Shown here: positions 49,508 to 57,578 of the stretch, piece after piece
Position numbering within the stretch: position 1 is the stretch's first letter
How the letters are laid out: every line of letters begins with the position of its first letter
Virus record (IMG/VR): IMGVR_UViG_3300046049_000065
Coordinates: 1-57,578 of that record
Origin: a virus
Taxonomy: Duplodnaviria; Caudoviricetes
Direction: 5' to 3' (one strand)
Length of the DNA stretch: 57,578 nucleotides
Program-made: the position numbers and the translations under genes
The notes under the pieces: model-generated
Database searches by the model: none
Seen by the model: the letters and a program-made list of their open reading frames with translations, nothing else
Told to the model about the DNA's origin: nothing

Positions 49508-50211
49508 CAGCCGAGATCCACCCCCCTTTCATCGCAAAATTCAACGAAGTCATCGAGCCATACCAGATACTCCTCTGACGTGTAGGCGAGCCGGACGAGC
49601 CACCGTTCTTCGCCCCGGTCCGTGACGGCCAGCTCAAAGCCATCAATCGTGACGCGTCTGTCATCAATCGATATTCGACCACTGGAGAGTGTCTGTGTGT
49701 CTCCGTTGTGCGTCATGGTGAGTTCTGTGCCGATGATAGTGGGCGTTCTGGCGACAGCGTCCGGCGAGACGGGCCGTGGGAACGCACCATTGGCCCATGT
49801 CTGTGGAGGATTCGCCCCTCGGCCGCGGCGGTCGGGCGCTGGGCCATCGAACCCGGCGGCATCCAGCACTGATTGCCAGCCGCCGAAGCGGGTCGTGAGT
49901 GTCGCGTGCGACGGGAGCGAGTCGTTATCTTGCACGTCGGCCGATGATGGGGGGTGGCCCAGCGTTTCGCCGAAGTCCCGCACCAGTTCGAGAAGCTCCT
50001 CGTCCGTATATTTGTCTGGAATGCGGTCCGAGACGGCGTCTTCGTCGAACCCGGCCGCCCGGAACGCCGCTATGAGCGATCCAAAGTGGTCCCGGTAGTG
50101 ATATCCTGACGGGGCGTCGGGGTGGTCGCGAAGGTCTTCGGACGTGGGTGGCGATTCTGGCCCATCTGCGAGCTGCCACAGCCACTCGATGAGTTCCTCT
50201 CGGTCGGTCAT
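49507..50211 (-). CDS. homing-endonuclease-associated repeat protein (2 repeats)
   Basis: HFGSLIAAFRAAG, RFGGWQSVLDAAG; alternative start at 50241. Confidence 0.8.
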   Translation of the reverse strand: MTDREELIEWLWQLADGPESPPTSEDLRDHPDAPSGYHYRDHFGSLIAAFRAAGFDEDAVSDRIPDKYTDEELLELVRDFGETLGHPPSSADVQDNDSLPSHATLTTRFGGWQSVLDAAGFDGPAPDRRGRGANPPQTWANGAFPRPVSPDAVARTPTIIGTELTMTHNGDTQTLSSGRISIDDRRVTIDGFELAVTDRGEERWLVRLAYTSEEYLVWLDDFVEFCDERGVDLG

Positions 50212-50234
50212 GTCGAGCAGGTTCTCAAGTATCG

Positions 50235-50274
50235 TTGACATCCCCCTCGCCCTGAAGGACGGGGCTTCCGCTTG
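50235..50274 (-). mobile_element. 40-bp single-hairpin IS200/IS605 remnant
   Basis: TTAG|CAAGCGGAAGCCCCGTCCTTCAGGGCGAGGGGGATGTCAA: left-end start fused to right-end finish. Confidence 0.65.
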
Positions 50275-50359
50275 CTAAACGTCATCCGCGTCACTGTCGA
50301 GGGGTTGCGCCTCATCCCGCCCCGCCTCGGGGTGGTCGGGATACGCCGGGTCGCGGACA

Positions 50360-51748
50360 TTACGCTTCCGGCAGTGTCTGTGTCGCTTTGTCGAGCGCGT
50401 CAGAGACGTTTTTGTGGTCGGCATCGCCCTTCCGAGCGCCCCACGCGTTCCGAGACTCGCCGCGGATCGCAACGCCGTAGTAGGCCCACGCCTGGCCGGG
50501 CGCGAGGCCGCGGCGCTGGAGGCCGTTGACGGCGGCCTCGACGAACCGCTGTCCGGCCTCGCCGTCTGCGGGGAGACGGACGACGAGCGGGTAGGTCACG
50601 CCCCAGCTGTACTCGCGGTCGATCTGCTCGGCGACGCGGTGGTGGACCGACGAGACGACCCGCTCGGCGGTGTCGTCGACGGTGACCGGGCCGTCGTAGG
50701 CCTCGAGCGCCCGACAGACCGCATCGCGCTCGCCGGTGTCGAGGACGACCACGCCGTCGTCCTGCGCGACGACGAGTGTGTCGGTGCGCTCGATGCTGTC
50801 CAACCACTCGCCCCAGACGGTCTCGACGCCGTACTGGACGTGGGCGAGCAGCTCGCGGACGTCGTCGACGGTGAGCGCTTCGGGGTGGCCGGGGTCGCCG
50901 TGCTGGGCAAGGGCGTCCTCGATGATCGCGTCGTCAACGTAGTCGGTGACGCGGTCCGTACCGACCTCGCCGCCGTCGCACGCTGCATCGGGGGTATCCC
51001 CACCGCCACCGTCACCGTCACTGTCGCGCTCCCAGAGCGTGTTCGGGGGCGTCCCTCTGCCCGTCTTGTCAAAGAACTCGGCGCTCCAGCCGTCCCACCC
51101 GCTCTCAATTGAGTCCACACGGTCGGGGCGGTACGTTGCGACGACAGCGGTTGTCTCGTCGATCTGCGCTTCGGCGCGGAGCCGCCCGTCGTAGACGTAC
51201 ACGTGCTCAACCGGACAGGAGTCCGGGACGCTGCCGTAGTAGTTGCTAAGGTCACTTTTCCGAAACATCGTCGGGACCGTAACCGTCTGCCCATCGTACT
51301 CAACTTCGACCTGGCCGCCGTCGGTGACGATTTCGTGCTCGCCGGTACTCCCGCCGTCAGCGGTCTCCTCGTCGGCCGCCTCGCCGTCGGCCCCGTCGCC
51401 CTCGTTGTCGGCGGCGAACGCCTCGCCGCTCAGCGAAACCGTGATCTCGTGCTCATGCTTGCCGCCGGAGACCTCAATGGTGATCGTCGCCGTGTCGCCG
51501 GTGATCTCAACGGTGCCGCCGGAGTGCTTGGCCTCGTTGTTGCTGACGATCTCGTGGGTCTGGAGGTCCACGTAGAGGTCGTACTTGTCGGCCTTGGCGA
51601 TGCCGTCGTTGATGTACAGCCGGTCGTGGCCGTACTTGCTCCAGCGGTCAATCTCCAAGTGGTCGCTCGGCTCGGCCCAGTCCTGCTTGTAGGCGCCGTT
51701 GTAAAACGCTTCGAGCTCGATGTCGTCGGCGTCGGTGAGTGCGGGCAT
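50360..51748 (-). CDS. mosaic multi-domain protein, HTH-like C-terminus
   Basis: WSKYGHDRLYIN N-terminal domain; TDGG/CDGG linkers. Confidence 0.75.
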   Translation of the reverse strand: MPALTDADDIELEAFYNGAYKQDWAEPSDHLEIDRWSKYGHDRLYINDGIAKADKYDLYVDLQTHEIVSNNEAKHSGGTVEITGDTATITIEVSGGKHEHEITVSLSGEAFAADNEGDGADGEAADEETADGGSTGEHEIVTDGGQVEVEYDGQTVTVPTMFRKSDLSNYYGSVPDSCPVEHVYVYDGRLRAEAQIDETTAVVATYRPDRVDSIESGWDGWSAEFFDKTGRGTPPNTLWERDSDGDGGGGDTPDAACDGGEVGTDRVTDYVDDAIIEDALAQHGDPGHPEALTVDDVRELLAHVQYGVETVWGEWLDSIERTDTLVVAQDDGVVVLDTGERDAVCRALEAYDGPVTVDDTAERVVSSVHHRVAEQIDREYSWGVTYPLVVRLPADGEAGQRFVEAAVNGLQRRGLAPGQAWAYYGVAIRGESRNAWGARKGDADHKNVSDALDKATQTLPEA

Positions 51749-51766
51749 GGTCTGTCTCGCCTCACT

Positions 51767-51813
51767 TGGTAGTAATGAACCCATGATAATAAAGGTTGGG
51801 TTTTATACTACCA
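51767..51813 (-). promoter_or_regulatory. TATA promoter flanked by a 17-bp inverted repeat
   Basis: TGGTAGTAATGAACCCA / TGGGTTTTATACTACCA (14/17) around minus-strand CTTTATTAT. Confidence 0.7.
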
Positions 51814-51835
51814 CCTTGACATCCTTCTCTGTGCG

Positions 51836-52648
51836 TCACTCGATGTCTCTATTCCGCCACTCTGCGACCCCCATCGCCGCGCCGCCGATCTCCTCGAACT
51901 GCGGATCAAAAAACGTCGTGAACCGCGCCCGCTCGTAGGCCCGCGGGCTGCCGTCGCCGGTCGTCGCTGCGAGTCGGTCGTAGTGGTCCGGATATGTGAG
52001 ATTCTGATCGACGATGTAGGCCCACACATCGCGCGCCGACCACTCGCGGATCGGGAACGCGGCGGGTTGGCCGAGGGATTCGCCGTACAGGCCGCTAAGT
52101 TTTCGGTCGCGCCCCCCGCTCTCGCCGGCTCGCAGGCCGACGAGCTGGCGGCTAACCATGCCTGTCTGGGCTAAGACCCCCGCCAACCGAGAGAGGCTTC
52201 CATCCGGGTCGGAGATACCATCGTCGGTGTTGAGACCGCGCTTGAATCGGTCTGCGCTGGAGAAGGGTCTGACTTCCGTGGCTCCCCGAGCTGCAACGAA
52301 CAGTCGGGTGTCGGGCACGAGGGCTCGAGCGGCCTCAACAACCGCCCGCTCTATCTCCCGGGGGATGAGCCGAGCGCCCCAGTCCCAGTGGAACGCTCGA
52401 TGGCGGCAGTCCGCGCGGTTCGCGAGCGCCAGCACGACTGTTGAGTCCTTCCCGCCCGAAAACGCCACGGCCGCATTCGGGTCGCGGTCGAACACCTGCT
52501 CGATCTCCGCGACGGCCTCGTCGGGGCGGTCGCCCAGCTCCTGGTCGGCGTGCGCCTGGAACGCCCGCCGCGTCCGGTCGGCCATTCCGTCACTCCCACG
52601 GTCGAAGTCGAACTCGGCACTGTCCTCTGGGTCCGGGAAATCTACCAC
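51836..52648 (-). CDS. cysH: CysH/PAPS-reductase-like PP-loop protein (type IV-B ancillary)
   Basis: AFSGGKDS, GLRAGES..R, PIREWSARDVWAYI; GTG start with GGAGGTGG SD. Confidence 0.9.
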   Translation of the reverse strand: MVDFPDPEDSAEFDFDRGSDGMADRTRRAFQAHADQELGDRPDEAVAEIEQVFDRDPNAAVAFSGGKDSTVVLALANRADCRHRAFHWDWGARLIPREIERAVVEAARALVPDTRLFVAARGATEVRPFSSADRFKRGLNTDDGISDPDGSLSRLAGVLAQTGMVSRQLVGLRAGESGGRDRKLSGLYGESLGQPAAFPIREWSARDVWAYIVDQNLTYPDHYDRLAATTGDGSPRAYERARFTTFFDPQFEEIGGAAMGVAEWRNRDIE

Positions 52649-53340
52649 GCCGGGTCCACCTCCGCCCCGGGCGGTGCGCACTCGGTCGCCCACTGTGTGT
52701 ACCAGTACGGCGTCCGATAGGTGAGCGTCTGCTGGTCATCCCACTCGTCGAGGACCTCCGTCGGGAGCGGTCGCATCGCAACGCCCTTGCTGGGATGCAC
52801 GAGTGAGTGGTCGGCATTCAGCTCGCGCAGGCCCCAGTCGTCGACGCGGCCGAATCCCTTGGCGGTATGCTTCCCAAGGTCGGCCAGATGGGTTTCGAGA
52901 AGGTGCTCAATCCGCTCGCGGTCGCCGCGGAGGTAGAACGTACACCGGCGGGCAGGCCGGTAGACGACGTCGATCATCTGTGACTTGAACGCGCCGCCGC
53001 CAATAGGGATCTTTGATCGGGGACGAGCGCCGCCGACCGTATGTGCCCGGACTTCGTCGTACGAGGAGTACAGCGTCGTCTCGACGGTCCGGTCGGTGTC
53101 GAACTGTGAGACGGAGGCGTGGGCGATGCCGTCGGTGTACGCCAGCCCGGCGTCGACGGCGTCCACATCTCGGAGGTCGGCCGGCCCGTCCTCTTCGAGG
53201 TTGGCGACCCAGCGGTCGTATTCGCGGCCGGCGTGGTCGATGAGGGCGAGCCGCTGGAGCACCCCGTCGCCATTGATCCACGGATGGCCGAGCGCGACGC
53301 CGCTGCCGAGTTCGAGCGTCAGCTGGAGGTTCGCGGTCAT
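52642..53340 (-). CDS. csf3: Csf3 (Cas5-group RAMP)
   Basis: DGVL, GDRERIEHLL, LGKHTAKGFGRV..W, MRPLP, YRTPYW. Confidence 0.85.
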   Translation of the reverse strand: MTANLQLTLELGSGVALGHPWINGDGVLQRLALIDHAGREYDRWVANLEEDGPADLRDVDAVDAGLAYTDGIAHASVSQFDTDRTVETTLYSSYDEVRAHTVGGARPRSKIPIGGGAFKSQMIDVVYRPARRCTFYLRGDRERIEHLLETHLADLGKHTAKGFGRVDDWGLRELNADHSLVHPSKGVAMRPLPTEVLDEWDDQQTLTYRTPYWYTQWATECAPPGAEVDPAW

Positions 53341-54122
53341 GCGCACACCTCGTGCGCTTCGGCGTCGGCGCGGATCTGGAGCATCCCGAACCCGTAGGAG
53401 CGCTTTGCCCCGACACCGCGTGCGAGGAGTTCGTTCAGTGCCGCGCGGTGGGCGTCGTCTCGAACCTCGTAGCGCAGGTCCCACTTGCTGGCGATGAGCG
53501 TGATTGTCTCCGCCGGCGTGACGTCGACGCGGACGCCGTAGGTTTTCCGATGCCCGTACTCGTCGAACAGCCGCAGCGACGGACGCTCGAGTCCAGCCTC
53601 GTGTTCGAGCACATGACCGGCAGTGCGGTGGAGCGCCGTTTTGAACGCTTCCGGCGAGTGCTCGCGGTGGCTCCAGTACGTCGGCGTCGCGCCGTGGTCG
53701 TTCTCGCTTGGCTGCTCGACAGTGACGACAACCCCCGATGTCGTCGTGAGGACGCCCGCAGACCCGGGGTCGCCGACACCCGTTTCAAGCGGTTTCGCGG
53801 CGCGGGTCTCGAACACCATCGACCCGGCAGTGAGTTCGGGCTCGCGTTGAAGCCCGTCCGCGATAGCCTCCATGACATCCAACCGCGGCGCGGCGATAAG
53901 CAGATGCACGCCGTCGCCTGCATCAAGGGTCGCGCCGGGAGCGTGGTCGTCTCGGATGGGTATCAGATCGGAGAACGTGAACGGCGGCCGTTGACTCTCT
54001 CGGTGGTCGTCAATGCCCGCACGCTGGAGCGTCTGGCCGAGCCGTCCTCTGATGTTGCGGTGGTACTGTCGCTCCCACGCACAGTCGTGGGTCGCCTGGA
54101 GCCGGAGTAACAGCTGGTACAT
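53337..54122 (-). CDS. cas6: Cas6 endoribonuclease (haloarchaeal type I-like)
   Basis: LLLRLQA...YHRNIRGRL, PFTFS and C-terminal GVGAKRSYGFG (GhGxxxxxGhG). Confidence 0.88.
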   Translation of the reverse strand: MYQLLLRLQATHDCAWERQYHRNIRGRLGQTLQRAGIDDHRESQRPPFTFSDLIPIRDDHAPGATLDAGDGVHLLIAAPRLDVMEAIADGLQREPELTAGSMVFETRAAKPLETGVGDPGSAGVLTTTSGVVVTVEQPSENDHGATPTYWSHREHSPEAFKTALHRTAGHVLEHEAGLERPSLRLFDEYGHRKTYGVRVDVTPAETITLIASKWDLRYEVRDDAHRAALNELLARGVGAKRSYGFGMLQIRADAEAHEVCA

Positions 54123-54128
54123 GAGTGG

Positions 54129-55031
54129 CTACCTGTCGGCGATGGTGTCGAGCGCCTCGATGATCTCGCCGCCCTGTTCGTCGACGTACTCTGTGTAGCG
54201 GTCGGCTTCCGAAAGGTCAAGCTCGTAGCTGATGTCGACCCGACCGAGGCCGGCCGCGGACATTGCGCCGATGGTCCCCTCCTCCTGCCAGAGCCGGAGA
54301 CCATGAAGGAGACAGGATCGTGCGAGATCCGTCGTGCGGGACTCGAATTTGACGCTGTGTTCGAACTGCGCGCCGGGGATCAGCACGTCAAAGTGGTAGA
54401 TCATCTGGTGGCTGTCGACATCGTCGGATTCGGTGTTGTCTTCTGCATCGGAATCAAACCCAAAGTCGACATCCATCCCAGTGTCGTCGGGCTCGTCGTG
54501 CATTCGCGTCTGGTGCATCTCGCTGACGAACTCGCGCCACGAGATGTCGGACTGGGTTTCGTTTCGGTAGTTGTTTTCCTCGCAGATCAACGCCAAATGG
54601 TGGATATTGACCGTCCCCTCAAACATCTGGTTGCCTGTTGAGCCGCCGAGTAGGTCGATAAGTGGGAACGTGTTGCGGATCGTTCGACGCAGCCCAACAT
54701 CAATCTCCGCCTTGCCGTCTTTTTCGAGGACGCCGCCCGCCCGCAGCAGGTGGTAGAGCCGCTCGTCGGTGATCGTGTAGTCAAGTCGTTGGACGAGGTC
54801 CTCTGCTAGGAGTCGTCGGAGGTGGCCGCGGATTGAGTTTCCTGAGACGAATGGCACGTCCTCGAATGTGTTCCCGTCAAGCACCCGGATTTTTTCTTTG
54901 CGGAGAAGTTGTTTGTTACCTGTCTGTGCGTCCGCTCCCGTATGGATCTGCGAAATGGCGGTCGCCCCGCCGACGACAGCTTCGGTCGCGCCGAGTTCGG
55001 TACCTTTAAGATATGCCTCTGTAGTGCTCAT
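54129..55031 (-). CDS. csf2: Csf2 (Cas7-group backbone)
   Basis: VPFVSGNSIRGHLRR, R..FPLIDLLGG, QMIY..DVLIPG, IGAMSAAGLG. Confidence 0.9.
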   Translation of the reverse strand: MSTTEAYLKGTELGATEAVVGGATAISQIHTGADAQTGNKQLLRKEKIRVLDGNTFEDVPFVSGNSIRGHLRRLLAEDLVQRLDYTITDERLYHLLRAGGVLEKDGKAEIDVGLRRTIRNTFPLIDLLGGSTGNQMFEGTVNIHHLALICEENNYRNETQSDISWREFVSEMHQTRMHDEPDDTGMDVDFGFDSDAEDNTESDDVDSHQMIYHFDVLIPGAQFEHSVKFESRTTDLARSCLLHGLRLWQEEGTIGAMSAAGLGRVDISYELDLSEADRYTEYVDEQGGEIIEALDTIADR

Positions 55032-55032
55032 G

Positions 55033-55452
55033 TTAGTCCTCCGTGATGAAGTCGCTGAGTTCGCTGGTCGTCGGATTCGATTCGGCGTCGGTGTCGCTGT
55101 TCTGTTTCGCCTCGAAGTAGTTCTGAACCGTCTCTCGTGTCTTAGCCGTAAGCCAGATATCCTCTTTGCGGAGGATTTCCATCGCCAGGTCGCTGTCCGC
55201 GACGAGCGGGTCCAAGTGTTCGGTCGGCAGGTCCGGCGACGCCATGTTCAGTCCATGGGCGAGTTTCTTGAACGCGCCGTGGACGCTGCCCGCGTTCGAT
55301 GCCGCTTCCAGGCGTTCCTCGAAGGTTGCGCTTCGGCGCTTTTTGTCGGGGAACTCTCCCCAGTCGGTCTCTCGCCAGAACTCGGAGAGAATGACAATCC
55401 AGTCCTGTGCGAGCTTATTCTCGTGGTCGGTGAGGTCGCTTGCAAGTACCAT
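55033..55452 (-). CDS. cas11: Cas11-like small subunit
   Basis: 139-aa helical protein between csf1 and csf2. Confidence 0.6.
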   Translation of the reverse strand: MVLASDLTDHENKLAQDWIVILSEFWRETDWGEFPDKKRRSATFEERLEAASNAGSVHGAFKKLAHGLNMASPDLPTEHLDPLVADSDLAMEILRKEDIWLTAKTRETVQNYFEAKQNSDTDAESNPTTSELSDFITED

Positions 55453-56135
55453 TATTGGATGAGTTGCACCGCAATCCGCCAGTCCTCACGGCCGGTGAGG
55501 TCGGTGTTGATACGGTCTACCTCGTCGCGCTCGAAGTCGTACCGGGCGAGGTCGGCGGCCCGGACCGGGCCCTTCAGCGCGCGTTTCGAGGGCTCGTTCT
55601 CGCGGCCGCGGAGCCGTTGGCCGAACGCGACCATGTCGGCGAACCGCTCGCGGTTGATGGTGACCAGGCGCTTGTCCACGAGCAGCTGGTAGTCCTCGCG
55701 GGACGTATTGAGCGTCTGTGCGAAAATCCAGCCATTCAGGACGGTGAGAAAGTCGGATTCGTCCTTGTACTTTGCCATCCATGGGCCCTCCGGCGGGTCC
55801 AGCAGGACATCGAGGAGTTCGGGCCGTTCCTTGATGATCTGGACGCCGTCTTCGGGTGTGGCGATCCAGTGGTAGCGCCGGTAGTCCATCTGGCCGGCGA
55901 CGTGCTCACACCGGTAGCAGATGCCGTCGCCGTCGCTGAGCGCTCGGTCGCTCGTGAACGCATCGGAGAAGACGCCATTGGTTCGTCGGACGGGCTTGAT
56001 CGGGCCGCCGAGGCCGCAGATCATGCACTTGCCCGTCTCGTCCGGGTCGTCTGGCGGTTCTACGTCGTCCGTTTCGGCGACGATGGCTGAGAGCCGTCGC
56101 GCGTTCTCGGACGCCTCTGTCTGTAACTCTGGCAT
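55452..56135 (-). CDS. csf1: Csf1 (Cas8-like large subunit with Zn finger)
   Basis: CMICG...FSDAFT...GDGICYRC; first gene of the operon. Confidence 0.75.
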   Translation of the reverse strand: MPELQTEASENARRLSAIVAETDDVEPPDDPDETGKCMICGLGGPIKPVRRTNGVFSDAFTSDRALSDGDGICYRCEHVAGQMDYRRYHWIATPEDGVQIIKERPELLDVLLDPPEGPWMAKYKDESDFLTVLNGWIFAQTLNTSREDYQLLVDKRLVTINRERFADMVAFGQRLRGRENEPSKRALKGPVRAADLARYDFERDEVDRINTDLTGREDWRIAVQLIQ

Positions 56136-56177
56136 GCCGCGGTGGTAAATCGTGTCTCTGTGGCTATTAGCCTTTCG

Positions 56178-56212
56178 GACAGGTGGACACAACACTCATT
56201 TGTCTACCTGTC
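56178..56212. promoter_or_regulatory. operator-like inverted repeat between the cas operon and the divergent regulator
   Basis: GACAGGTGGACA-N11-TGTCTACCTGTC (11/12), directly upstream of minus-strand GAAAGGCTAATAG. Confidence 0.65.
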
Positions 56213-56272
56213 GTATTGTCGAGCAGGAGCAAAACTAGAATGTCTAATGGACGGAGAGAGATAGGCGAAACT

Positions 56273-56431
56273 ATGCGACCGAACATCCAAATCAGCCATC
56301 AGCTGAACGGACGCGTGAAAGATTACGCTGCTAAACACGACCTTACGACCGGAGAGGCCTACAAACAAATCATCAAAGCTGGCTTAGAAGAATTAGAGGA
56401 CGATGGAAGCGAGTCAGCTACCAACGGCTGA
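56273..56431 (+). CDS. small RHH-like regulator; C-terminus supplied by the IS right end
   Basis: MRPNIQISHQLNGRVKDYA...AYKQIIKAGL. Confidence 0.7.
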   Translation: MRPNIQISHQLNGRVKDYAAKHDLTTGEAYKQIIKAGLEELEDDGSESATNG

Positions 56432-57578
56432 AGCCGTTGGCTTGTCGGTGGACTCCCGTTCTGCCGACACATACTGGTCGGACGCCACTTCAGTAGCGTT
56501 CACGGTCATCACCCCCGACTTTAGGGCGTACTGACAGAACGCCCCTCCAGCGGGGGACTTCTGCCCTCGCTGGAGTTTTAGTGCAAGTTTCCGAGCAATA
56601 TTCTTCGCGGCGTTGTAGTCGGCGTTTGCCGTGTACGAACAGTCCAAGCACTCGAAGTGTTGCCCGTCGCGGTTTTCATCAAGGGTCGTGCCGCACTTCG
56701 AGCATTGCTGGCTCGTGTAGGACGGGTCAACCGTTTCCACTACGATGCCAGCCAGTTCCGCTTTGTGTTTCGTCTGCTGTTGGAGTTCGCGGAACGCCCA
56801 CTGCTGGAACTTCTTGCCGTCGCTGATACGGTCACGAATCTGCTCCAAGTCCTCGAACGCGATATGCGAACAGTTCTGTTGATTGGCTTCTTCGACAAGT
56901 GCCTTCGAGCATCGGTGCAGATAGTCCTCACTCCAGCGTCCAAACCTGTCACCGATACGGTGGTAGGTCAGGTGGGCACTTCGCGTGCCGGTCTGTTGGA
57001 GGCTGGCACGCCGCTTCTCGAATTCGTGGCGCTGGTGGTTGAGGAAGTCAGCATTGCCGACGAATCTGCCTGTTGAAGTCACGGCGATGTGGTCATCAAC
57101 GTTGCAGTCCACGCCAAGCACTCTCGAATGCTCGGCTTTCTCAGGACGGGCAACGTCGAGTTCCCGTTCCATTGCCGCGTGGAGGTAGAACTCGTCGGAT
57201 TCGCTATCGTAGTGGACGGTGCTGGTTGAGAAGGAGTAGTCGTCGTTCAGCAGGTATTCGCCGTGTGGCGTGCCGTCCGGGTTGTCGGGCAGGTCGTAGT
57301 CGCATTCGACTCTGCCGTTGATTGTGGCGAGACTTACTTTGTCGCGGTAGTAGGTGGCGGCTCGCTTGTCATAGACGATACTGAACGTGTCGTACTCGGG
57401 TTTGCTGGTGTTCTCGCCGTCAGCAAGCCGGTCAACACAGTTTCCAATATCGTCGGTGGCACGTTTGATGGCTTTCTGGACGAGGTTCGCGTGCAGGCCG
57501 TCCGTCTCGTGGCGGAGTTCGTGGTAAATGGCGGCCTCGGCTTCGCTCTTGCTGGTCACGCAGTCCTCATTGGGATAG
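56413..57578 (-). mobile_element. IS200/IS605-family element (right end visible)
   Basis: Hairpin CCAACGGCTTCAGCCGTTGG followed by TAGCTGAC terminus. Confidence 0.85.
56414..57578 (-). CDS. tnpB: TnpB RNA-guided nuclease (5' end outside window)
   Basis: RuvC GVD, FEDL and ADYNAA; zinc finger CSKC/CLDC. Confidence 0.95.
   Translation of the reverse strand, partial: YPNEDCVTSKSEAEAAIYHELRHETDGLHANLVQKAIKRATDDIGNCVDRLADGENTSKPEYDTFSIVYDKRAATYYRDKVSLATINGRVECDYDLPDNPDGTPHGEYLLNDDYSFSTSTVHYDSESDEFYLHAAMERELDVARPEKAEHSRVLGVDCNVDDHIAVTSTGRFVGNADFLNHQRHEFEKRRASLQQTGTRSAHLTYHRIGDRFGRWSEDYLHRCSKALVEEANQQNCSHIAFEDLEQIRDRISDGKKFQQWAFRELQQQTKHKAELAGIVVETVDPSYTSQQCSKCGTTLDENRDGQHFECLDCSYTANADYNAAKNIARKLALKLQRGQKSPAGGAFCQYALKSGVMTVNATEVASDQYVSAERESTDKPTASAVGS

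Larger units (their letters stand above)
600..56412. mobile_element. haloarchaeal siphovirus-like provirus or plasmid-prophage (boundaries not determined)
   Basis: Complete head-neck-tail gene order with regulatory, replication and accessory arms. Confidence 0.85.

Noticed and set aside
51816-51830. TTGACATCC resembling the IS right-end terminus
   Set aside because: No adjacent hairpin; too short to support.
47836-51875. 24-bp direct repeat exactly 4000 bp apart as attL/attR of an inserted element
   Set aside because: The left copy continues into a copy of the regulator 3' end, which a deletion scar explains better. The round spacing is taken as coincidence.
51836-52648. cysH as a sulfate-assimilation or DndC phosphorothioation gene
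   Set aside because: No other cys or dnd genes are present, and it is translationally coupled to csf3.
45640-57578. CRISPR array or mini-array near the cas genes
   Set aside because: No repeat-spacer periodicity and no haloarchaeal GTTTCAGACGAACC-type repeat found by eye. GTTTCAGA at 35611 does not extend. A degenerate single repeat cannot be excluded.

Overview
GC-rich haloarchaeal sequence (acidic proteins, leaderless or GGAGGTGA-led genes). It is almost entirely a tailed siphovirus-like provirus or plasmid-prophage; no att sites are visible and both edge genes are cut by the window. Left to right: a Tat lipoprotein, an IS200/IS605 MITE and a divergent RHH switch. Next is an ~800-nt non-coding array of four tRNA-like (acceptor + T-arm) elements alternating with GGAC...GTCC-closed stems, then an early operon with a short tyrosine recombinase and a RepH-like replicase. 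After that come a metallophosphoesterase, TerS/TerL, portal, MuF, DUF2213, HK97-type capsid, neck and tail genes (GGGAAAC -1 frameshift), a Fic/Doc moron, tape measure and fibre/LamG genes. The minus-strand accessory arm holds three homing-endonuclease-associated-repeat proteins, an array-less type IV-B-like Cas operon that unusually includes Cas6 (csf1-cas11-csf2-cas6-csf3-cysH), a deletion scar of a second copy of that operon, and tnpB. The best candidates for new biology are the Cas6-containing type IV module and the tRNA-like RNA array. Family calls come from motif recognition by eye, not from database searches.
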